NCBI GenBank assembly: GCA_964449605.1
Contig: CAYUZG010000001.1
Coordinates: 1-48,279, forward strand
Source: an uncultured Verrucomicrobiota bacterium
GTDB taxonomy: Bacteria; Auribacterota; JABMQX01; JAFGEW01
Length of the DNA: 48,279 nucleotides
Direction: 5' to 3'
Shown: piece after piece, positions 1 to 6,558 of the stretch
Position numbering within the stretch: the first letter of the stretch is position 1
Layout of the letters: every line of letters begins with the position of its first letter
Translations under genes and position numbers: made by a program
The notes under the pieces: generated by a model
The model's input: only the letters and a program-made list of their open reading frames with translations
Database searches by the model: none
What the model was told of the DNA's origin: nothing

Positions 1-684
1 GTGGTCCCGGCGGTGATTGTCACCGCGCAGGGCAACCGCACATTCCGCAGGTACTGGCGCGGCTTGTCGGCGCTGGACGACGGCGACTACGAGGCGGCCC
101 GGCGCGACATCGAGTGGTACGTCGAGAGGCGACCGTTCGACCAGTCCGCCCTCTTCCAATTGGCCCGTGTATGCTGCTTCATGGGTGACTACCAACGCGC
201 GCTCGAGCTGTATGACCGGTCGCTGGAGGGAGACGAGCCGAGGTGGTGGCACGAGCGGGCTCGCAGCTACATGGAAGCCATGGCAGAAGGCAAAGCTCCG
301 GCAGGCATGCGCCTGCGGTTCCTGGTTCCGGACTGGGAACGACCTCAGGACTTCTGGCCCGCGGATAACGAGCTACACGGCGCCCGCGACCTGGGCCCGG
401 GAAGCTACGCAGAGGCGGCGAGGCTGTTCGAGGCGTGCGTCGACCGAATGCCGGATCGTGGATGGCAGATCGATGCCCGATGGGGCGCCGCGATTGCTTG
501 GTTTCATGCCGGCGAATACGAGGCGTGCCTGGAAATGCTCGACGCGATCGAGGCGGAATGGGGCGTTGAGCCGAGCGACGCGTTCGAGCGCATTCGCCGC
601 TACGTGCGCGCGTGCTCCTTAGGCCAGGTGCCTGACGACGAAATGCCCCTGGTCCTCGCTGCATACGCGCCATATCCGATGTGA
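1..684 (+). CDS. TPR-like helical-repeat protein, probably 5'-truncated by the window edge
   Basis: The ORF is open from base 1. It shows repeated helical-repeat signatures (GDYEAARRDIEWY, GDYQRALELYDRSL, GSYAEAARLFEACV, GEYEACLEMLDAI). Its stop overlaps the next start (GTGA at 681-684). Confidence 0.5.
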   Translation: MVPAVIVTAQGNRTFRRYWRGLSALDDGDYEAARRDIEWYVERRPFDQSALFQLARVCCFMGDYQRALELYDRSLEGDEPRWWHERARSYMEAMAEGKAPAGMRLRFLVPDWERPQDFWPADNELHGARDLGPGSYAEAARLFEACVDRMPDRGWQIDARWGAAIAWFHAGEYEACLEMLDAIEAEWGVEPSDAFERIRRYVRACSLGQVPDDEMPLVLAAYAPYPM

Positions 685-1046
685 AGGTGATGGCAGAGAA
701 GCCGGCCCCGACATGGAAGATGAAAGCGGCGGTCTTCGGCGCCTGGTTCCTGCTCGTGGTTATTCTGGGGGCTCACGGCTACTGGCGCGTCCTGGGCCGG
801 CGGGTGCGGGACTGTCTTCCCCCGCTCACCGCCCCATGGCTGCTAGGTGTTCATTCCGGGGTGATCGTCGCGGGTCTTGTGCTTGCCTGCACTAGGTGGT
901 TGCCCGGTAGGACGCCGATGCGGCGGTACTGGGCCTCAGTGTGTGTGGGTGTGATCTGCATGACAGCAATGGGATTCCTGCTGCTGTGTGTGTGCAGGGA
1001 GTTCTATTCGAGGTTAGACATTGTGTGGTGCGGTTCACCCCCCTAG
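681..1046 (+). CDS. small polytopic membrane protein (module A, copy 1)
   Basis: Has three hydrophobic segments and a GTGA overlap with the upstream ORF. It is a clear paralogue of 1474..1848 (shared TWK..AV.GAWF.L.V.LG and TP.RRYWA.V.VGV). Confidence 0.55.
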   Translation: MKVMAEKPAPTWKMKAAVFGAWFLLVVILGAHGYWRVLGRRVRDCLPPLTAPWLLGVHSGVIVAGLVLACTRWLPGRTPMRRYWASVCVGVICMTAMGFLLLCVCREFYSRLDIVWCGSPP

Positions 1047-1056
1047 GAGACATACC

Positions 1057-1449
1057 GTGGGTTTGCGGGCCATACTCGCAGTTCAACTGTGGCAACGAAG
1101 ACGGCACGCGTGGCCGTTGCTCGTGTTCACGATTCCCATGTACTACATTCTCTTCTGGCTGCTCTCGACGGCTGGAAGTGAACGTCTTCGCTGGGACACG
1201 CCAGTCCAGCCATTGTACTACTTTCTGAGTCCGCCACTTGCGGTATGGGCTGTGGCTGCGATCTGGTTCGCCGTCGACCTGGCTCTCGTTGTCTGGATGG
1301 AGCGCGCTCTGAACCGGCAGGGCGAACCCGGCCGGCCCACGCGGCTGTTCTTCACATGGCAGGTGGTCAAGATCGCCTTTGCCTTGTTGCTGTTATCAGT
1401 CTTTGCCGCGTTTGGACCGGCCAACCCGATCGTGGAAGTCTTCGATTGA
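1057..1449 (+). CDS. small polytopic membrane protein (module B, copy 1)
   Basis: The track ORF is 1021..1449. I prefer the GTG at 1057, preceded by AGGAGA (1044-1049), because the paralogue 1861..2265 aligns from here (LW.RR.HAWPLL.FT.P.Y). Both also share DRALNRP/Q.EP.RP..LFF.WQ.VK.AF. Confidence 0.55.
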   Translation: MGLRAILAVQLWQRRRHAWPLLVFTIPMYYILFWLLSTAGSERLRWDTPVQPLYYFLSPPLAVWAVAAIWFAVDLALVVWMERALNRQGEPGRPTRLFFTWQVVKIAFALLLLSVFAAFGPANPIVEVFD

Positions 1450-1473
1450 CGCAGCGAGTGAGCGGCGCCCCTG

Positions 1474-1848
1474 ATGCCGGCGCGAGTTGAGATGACTGCG
1501 ATGACAGAACAGTCGTCATGGACATGGAAGAAGAGAACAGCCGTGCTCGGCGCCTGGTTCGTGCTCATAGTTCTGCTGGGGCTGTTCCAGTGGTGGCGTT
1601 TCGAACGTTGGCACACCCTCCATCCGCCTGAGGGCTTTCCTGTGGTCCCGATCTGGCTGCCGGTTGTGCAACTGGCAGTGGTGGCTGCTGGGTTCGCTTT
1701 GGCAACGCACAAACGCGTCGGCGGCACGACGCCGCTACGGCGCTACTGGGCCATGGTCTTCGTCGGCGTGCTGTCGATGGCCTCCATTGCGCTTGTGGCG
1801 TACAGCGTGCTGCGCCACGGGTTGTCCAGGTGTTTCTATGGATTCTGA
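1474..1848 (+). CDS. small polytopic membrane protein (module A, copy 2)
   Basis: Paralogue of 681..1046 with the same hydrophobic pattern. The exact start is uncertain; internal ATGs at codons 7 and 10 are alternatives. Confidence 0.55.
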   Translation: MPARVEMTAMTEQSSWTWKKRTAVLGAWFVLIVLLGLFQWWRFERWHTLHPPEGFPVVPIWLPVVQLAVVAAGFALATHKRVGGTTPLRRYWAMVFVGVLSMASIALVAYSVLRHGLSRCFYGF

Positions 1849-1860
1849 CTTGGGTGGTGT

Positions 1861-2265
1861 ATGAACCTACGGCGCGTCATGCTGATTCAGATCTGGCCGA
1901 GGCGCCATCATGCGTGGCCGCTTCTGCTGTTCACCCTGCCTCTATACAGTGTCCTGGCGTGGTTCGTCGGCCTCGCGAGAGCATCCCCCGGCCGGCTTGC
2001 GGGCAACTGGCCCGTGCACACGTTCTGCGAGTTTGTGGGCCAGCCCCCCACTGCCTGGACACTTGGGGTGATCTGGTTCCTGATGGACGGATTCCTGATT
2101 GTGTGGATCGATCGCGCTCTGAACCGCCCCACGGAGCCCTTTCGTCCTGCGAAGCTGTTCTTCCTTTGGCAAGGCGTGAAGCTGGCCTTTATCTTCCTGT
2201 ACTTCGCGGTGCTGACCGCGCACAGCTCGCTCAACCCTGAGTTTGGCCTGCGCACGTATGGTTGA
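1861..2265 (+). CDS. small polytopic membrane protein (module B, copy 2)
   Basis: Paralogue of 1057..1449. It starts 12 bp after the stop of module A copy 2. Confidence 0.55.
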   Translation: MNLRRVMLIQIWPRRHHAWPLLLFTLPLYSVLAWFVGLARASPGRLAGNWPVHTFCEFVGQPPTAWTLGVIWFLMDGFLIVWIDRALNRPTEPFRPAKLFFLWQGVKLAFIFLYFAVLTAHSSLNPEFGLRTYG

Positions 2266-2305
2266 CCTGTCGTCTCGCTTGGCAGGGGCTTGACTGAAAT
2301 CCTCG

Positions 2306-3013
2306 ATGTCCGTACTTGTCGCTTCTGCTATGCTGCGCGGGCATGGAGGAGGCGTTTTTGTGGTGATCGGGTATTTGGTTGGCGGGGTTGTGGTGGCGTA
2401 TCTGGTGGGGTCGGTGCCGTTCGCGTACTTCGCGGGGCGGTGGCTGCGGGGCGTCGACGTGCGCACGATCGGCAGCGGGAACGTGGGCGGCACGAACGTG
2501 ATGCGCGTCGCCGGCAAGGCGTGGGGCGCGGTCGTCATCGCACTCGACATCGGCAAAGGCGTGTGTGCAGCGGGCCTGGTCGGCGGGCTGTTCTACCGCG
2601 ACGGGATGCCGGTAAGCGCCGAACTGTTTCGAGTCCTTTGCGGCGCAGCGGCCGTGATTGGACATAATTGGCCCGTCTGGCTCGGGTTTCACGGCGGTAA
2701 GGGGGTGGCGACGAGCGTCGGCGTCTTCTTCGCCGTGACGCCGATTCCGGCCGCGTGCGCGCTCGGCACGTGGTTTGTCATGGTGGGGCTCACGCGGATC
2801 GTGTCGATCTCGTCGATGGTGGCGTCCTTGTCGCTCACGGGTTGGAACGTGCTTTTCGGCCGGCCGATCGAGTACACGATTGCGGGCGCGGTCTTGGCCG
2901 TTCTCATCGTTGTGAGACACCGTTCGAACATCAAGCGGCTCCTGAAGGGGGCCGAACTCAGCGCGTTCGAGTCGGACCGTCCCGCGGCCTCGCACGCTGA
3001 GCCGGAGGATTAG
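2306..3013 (+). CDS. plsY: glycerol-3-phosphate acyltransferase PlsY (acyl-phosphate dependent)
   Basis: Carries PlsY family motifs: LVGSVPFAYF, IGSGNVGGTNVMRV, GHNWPVWLGFHGGKGVAT, HRSNIKRLLKG. It is a multi-TM protein. The true start may lie a few codons downstream. Confidence 0.85.
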   Translation: MSVLVASAMLRGHGGGVFVVIGYLVGGVVVAYLVGSVPFAYFAGRWLRGVDVRTIGSGNVGGTNVMRVAGKAWGAVVIALDIGKGVCAAGLVGGLFYRDGMPVSAELFRVLCGAAAVIGHNWPVWLGFHGGKGVATSVGVFFAVTPIPAACALGTWFVMVGLTRIVSISSMVASLSLTGWNVLFGRPIEYTIAGAVLAVLIVVRHRSNIKRLLKGAELSAFESDRPAASHAEPED

Positions 3014-3028
3014 GATCTGAGATTTCGC

Positions 3029-3057
3029 TTGAGTTCACATTGCTCGTCGAGTATAAT
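3029..3057 (+). promoter_or_regulatory. sigma70-type promoter: TTGAGT (-35), 17-nt spacer, TATAAT (-10)
   Basis: TTGAGT lies at 3029-3034 and a perfect TATAAT at 3052-3057, with an exact 17-nt spacer. It sits ~50 nt upstream of the MerR-family ORF and is conspicuous against the GC-rich background. Confidence 0.5.
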
Positions 3058-3106
3058 GGCACACTCGGTCATGGTGCGGACCCTTTCGACAGGGAAGTGA
3101 GGGGTC

Positions 3107-3487
3107 ATGCAGGGACTCAAGACGTCGGATAAGCTCTACTACTCGATTGGCGAGGTCCGTGCGATTACGGGCCTCGAACCGTATGTGCTGCGCTACTGGG
3201 AGACGGAGTTCCCCACGCTCAAGCCGAAAAAGAACAGCGGCGGCCAGCGCGCGTACCAGCGCAAGGACATCGAACTCATCCTTCGGATCAAAGAACTGCT
3301 TTACGAGCAGGGCTACACGATCAAGGGCGCGCGGGCGCTGCTTCGCAAGGAGCGTCAGGGCGCCACGGCGTCGAGCAGCGCAGGCAGCGGTGAGATCGAG
3401 ACCTTCTTGAAGAAGCTGCACACCGAGCTCACCTCTCTCCAGAAGATGATCGCGGGCGAGAAGACCGACGACCTGTTCGCGCAATAG
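3107..3487 (+). CDS. MerR-family transcriptional regulator
   Basis: N-terminal MerR-type HTH: YYSIGEVRAITGLEPYVLRYWETEF....GGQRAYQRKDIELILRIKELLYEQGYTIKGARALL. The C-terminus looks like a coiled coil. Confidence 0.8.
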   Translation: MQGLKTSDKLYYSIGEVRAITGLEPYVLRYWETEFPTLKPKKNSGGQRAYQRKDIELILRIKELLYEQGYTIKGARALLRKERQGATASSSAGSGEIETFLKKLHTELTSLQKMIAGEKTDDLFAQ

Positions 3488-3494
3488 CCTGCCG

Positions 3495-6071
3495 ATGGAC
3501 TCCGTCCAGAAGTACATGCTTATCGGCCCGCTGCTCCTCCTCGTCGTGCTGGGCGTGGCCTACTTCGTCAAGAAGGAAGCGTCCAAGCCGCGTACTCCCG
3601 AGGCCCAGCTCTACTACGCCAGGACGATCGAACGCCGCCTCAAGGACGACGCCGACGCGACCGAGCGCGACTGGCTCGCGTGCATCGCGCAGTATGAGCG
3701 CGTCTTCAAGCGCTGGCCCGAGAGCGACGAGGTTGTCGACGCGTACGCGCACATCGGCACCATCTACCGGAAGCAGCTCGACGACGCCGAGCAGGCGAAG
3801 GCGTGGTACGACCGCGTCCTGCGCGAGTTCCCCGACTCCGAGACGGCCGACGGCGTGCGCCGCGCGCGCACGACGCTCGTGACCGGTGAGGTCGACTCCG
3901 ACGCGGCCCGGCGCGAGGCGGTGGCCGCGTACACCGACTTGATCGAGCACAACCCGGACTCGACGAAGCTCGACGAGATCCTGCTCAAACGCGGCATCCT
4001 TTACATGGAACTGGCGCAGGCCAAGGACGCGCTCGCCGACTTCGAGCGGATCATGACCGAGTTCCCCAACGGCACGCGCGTCGACGACGCGGTCTTCTAC
4101 ACCGGCGAGGTGTACCGCATCGTGCTCGAGGACGAGGACAAGGCGCTCGAGCAGTACGGGAAGCTCATCGCCGATCACCCCAAGAGCAACCAGATCCGCG
4201 TCGCGCACAAGCGCACGGAGACGATCTGGGAGAGGCGGGTCGAGAGGCGGCTCGACGGATTCTTCCGGGAGCGCTACGGCGTCGAGCGCGCGTCGATGTA
4301 CTTCGTGCCGCCGACGCCGCTCTACATGGTCGAGTCGCAGGAGGACGTCGAGCCGGCCAAAGCGTTCGACAAGCAGATGCTCGACATGAAATCGGCTGGC
4401 CTCACGGTTAACATCGACGGCACGCGGCTCGTCGTCACAGGCAGTCTGCTCATCGCGAACCCGTCCGAGGTCGAGAAGGACAAGGAGGAAGACGAGGATG
4501 AATCGGCGGCGGCCGAGGAAGAGGAAACAGGCCCGACGGAGGCGACGAGCGTCTGGCTCATGCTCAATCCCGGGATGGAGATCAGGAGCCTGACGCAGGG
4601 CGAGGCGACGCTCGAGTTCAAACGCCACAAGAACCTCGTCGAGGTCACGCTCGCCGAGCCGATCCCCGTCGACGGCGAGACGACGCTCGCGTTCGAAGTC
4701 GCCAACGCCGACGGCAAGGACACGCCCGGCATCGTCATCGGCGAGCAGTATGGCCACGCCTTCCCGCACGCGTTCTGGTTCCCGGTCACGAAGCTCAGCG
4801 ATGCGTTCGGCTCGGTGGTAGATATCGAGCAGAAGGCCGAGACCGCCGTGTCGAATGGTCGGCGCGTCCCTTGGCGGAAGGTCGGGCGTCTGAGCTGTTC
4901 TTGCCACGAGCCGGTTGCGGGGCGCTTTCTCGTGTGCGGCCCGCCCATGATCCACAAGGCACCGTGGGGTGACCGGGAGATCTGGCTGCTGGCGAAGGCC
5001 ACGGACGACGCGGCCGCCGCTACCGCATTCCTCGACGAGGCGGTGCGGGCAGGCGACTTCCTTTTGCGCCAATTCGGGACGTATCCGTACGAGAAGATCG
5101 TGTTCGCGCAGAGCCCGCACGTGCGCGACACCGTGTTCGAGCACGGCGCGGGCCTCATCCTGATCAATGACCAGGTACCGCTCGCGTCGATCAAGCCGGA
5201 GCACATCTGCAACGAGCTGGCGCAGCAGTGGTACGGCTGCCTCGTCACCCCAGCGCATGACCAGTGGCTCTGCTTCACGGCGGGCCCGGCGAGCTACTAC
5301 GAGACGCGCTACATCGGCGAACGCTACGGCGAGGCGGCGATGGAGGCGCATCTCGCCACGCTGCGGGAGCTCTATGCCGAGATGTTCGCCAACATCGGCC
5401 AGCGGGCGATGGTCTACCGGCCCGAGGAGCAGAGCGAGACGGTGTTCGACGCGCTCGTCTACATCAAGGGCGCCTACTTCATGCGGACGCTTCACTGGAT
5501 GGCGGGAGACGACGCCTTCATCGAGGCGCAGCGCGCGTTTTTCGAGAAGAACGCGTTCGACCAAGTCGTCTTCAAGGACCTACGCGTCCGGTTCGACAAG
5601 GCGACCGGCCGCGAGTTCCTCGACGTGTTTTCGCCGTGGCTGTTCAGTGCGGGCACGCCGGCGCTGAAGGTCGAGGACTGGACGACGGCGTGGTCGGGCG
5701 ACCAGGTCGACGTCGCGTTCACGCTGACGCAGGCCGAGCCGAAGTACGTGCTCGACGTCGAGATCGCGTTCGAGGCCGGCGAGCCCGGCCAGCCCGGCGC
5801 TCACCGCGTCGTCGAGGTCGCCCGGATCACGAGGACGACGATCGACACGAACGGCGCCGACGAGAACGAGGAGAAGCCAGCCAACGGGAGGCAGCGCGAG
5901 CCGCAGGTGATCTGGCACGAGTCGTTCAGCTTCCTCGTTCCGTTCAACCCCGAGCGCATCGTGCTCGACCCGAACCACCGGATTCTGCTCGACCCGAAGA
6001 GCCGGCGCGTCTGGCAGCGGCCGGCGTCGGCCGACACGCCCGCCGAGGAGCTCATCCTCGAGCTCGAGTAA
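3495..6071 (+). CDS. membrane-anchored TPR / M1-aminopeptidase-like protein with a degenerate zinc site (probable pseudo-peptidase)
   Basis: Has an N-terminal TM (YMLIGPLLLLVVLGVAYFV) followed by TPR-like repeats. The C-terminal half aligns by eye to the M1 active-site region, but reads NELAQQWYGCLVT (5211-5225 = NELAQ) instead of HELAHQWFGNLVT, and WLCFTAGPASYYE instead of WLNEGFATY. Confidence 0.7.
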   Translation: MDSVQKYMLIGPLLLLVVLGVAYFVKKEASKPRTPEAQLYYARTIERRLKDDADATERDWLACIAQYERVFKRWPESDEVVDAYAHIGTIYRKQLDDAEQAKAWYDRVLREFPDSETADGVRRARTTLVTGEVDSDAARREAVAAYTDLIEHNPDSTKLDEILLKRGILYMELAQAKDALADFERIMTEFPNGTRVDDAVFYTGEVYRIVLEDEDKALEQYGKLIADHPKSNQIRVAHKRTETIWERRVERRLDGFFRERYGVERASMYFVPPTPLYMVESQEDVEPAKAFDKQMLDMKSAGLTVNIDGTRLVVTGSLLIANPSEVEKDKEEDEDESAAAEEEETGPTEATSVWLMLNPGMEIRSLTQGEATLEFKRHKNLVEVTLAEPIPVDGETTLAFEVANADGKDTPGIVIGEQYGHAFPHAFWFPVTKLSDAFGSVVDIEQKAETAVSNGRRVPWRKVGRLSCSCHEPVAGRFLVCGPPMIHKAPWGDREIWLLAKATDDAAAATAFLDEAVRAGDFLLRQFGTYPYEKIVFAQSPHVRDTVFEHGAGLILINDQVPLASIKPEHICNELAQQWYGCLVTPAHDQWLCFTAGPASYYETRYIGERYGEAAMEAHLATLRELYAEMFANIGQRAMVYRPEEQSETVFDALVYIKGAYFMRTLHWMAGDDAFIEAQRAFFEKNAFDQVVFKDLRVRFDKATGREFLDVFSPWLFSAGTPALKVEDWTTAWSGDQVDVAFTLTQAEPKYVLDVEIAFEAGEPGQPGAHRVVEVARITRTTIDTNGADENEEKPANGRQREPQVIWHESFSFLVPFNPERIVLDPNHRILLDPKSRRVWQRPASADTPAEELILELE

Positions 6072-6237
6072 TCACCCGCCGACGACGCCTGGTGGGCAAT
6101 CTCCGTTTGTCGACCGGTAAGGCAGACCTAGTTCCGCCCGACGGTTTCGCAGCCGGAAGCCCTGTACGGGCGTTTGGAAGTAGCCTCGGGCGCGAGCCCG
6201 TGGGAGCCGTAACGGGGGCAGACACCGGGAGCCCCAT

Positions 6238-6282
6238 GAGGGGCGATTGAGGACGCGTGAGGTCCAAGCTCAATCGCCCCTC
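6238..6282. repeat. perfect 14-bp-stem palindromic hairpin (GAGGGGCGATTGAG / CTCAATCGCCCCTC), 17-nt loop
   Basis: Read directly from the sequence: 6238-6251 pairs with 6269-6282. It lies in the intergenic region between convergent genes. Confidence 0.6.
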
Positions 6283-6327
6283 GCAGGGCTCTAATGCATC
6301 GCGTCGCATCTCGAACCACGGGCTTGC

Positions 6328-6479
6328 GGGCCTGTTGAAAAAGGCGTTCTATGCAAGCCTTTCAGGCTGCGATCTGCCTTTCGTGCCCACCAAACCCAGG
6401 GTGTTACCCTGGGCTGTTCTATGAAGCCCCTTCGGGGCAAGCAGCGTGCCGACGATGCCGGGGGTTTTTCAACAGGCCC
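6328..6479. repeat. 152-bp element bounded by perfect 15-bp inverted repeats, with internal hairpins (MITE/REP-like or structured RNA)
   Basis: GGGCCTGTTGAAAAA at 6328-6342 is the exact reverse complement of TTTTTCAACAGGCCC at 6465-6479. Internal hairpins are CCCAGGGT-gtt-ACCCTGGG (6395-6413) and GCCCC-ttc-GGGGC (6426-6438). Confidence 0.5.
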
Positions 6480-6558
6480 TTGCGCCCGAGGCTGCTGCCA
6501 ATCGCCGCTGCGCGGCTCATCGGGCGGGATCGCGCACTCAGCTTGCAGGACACAGCGC

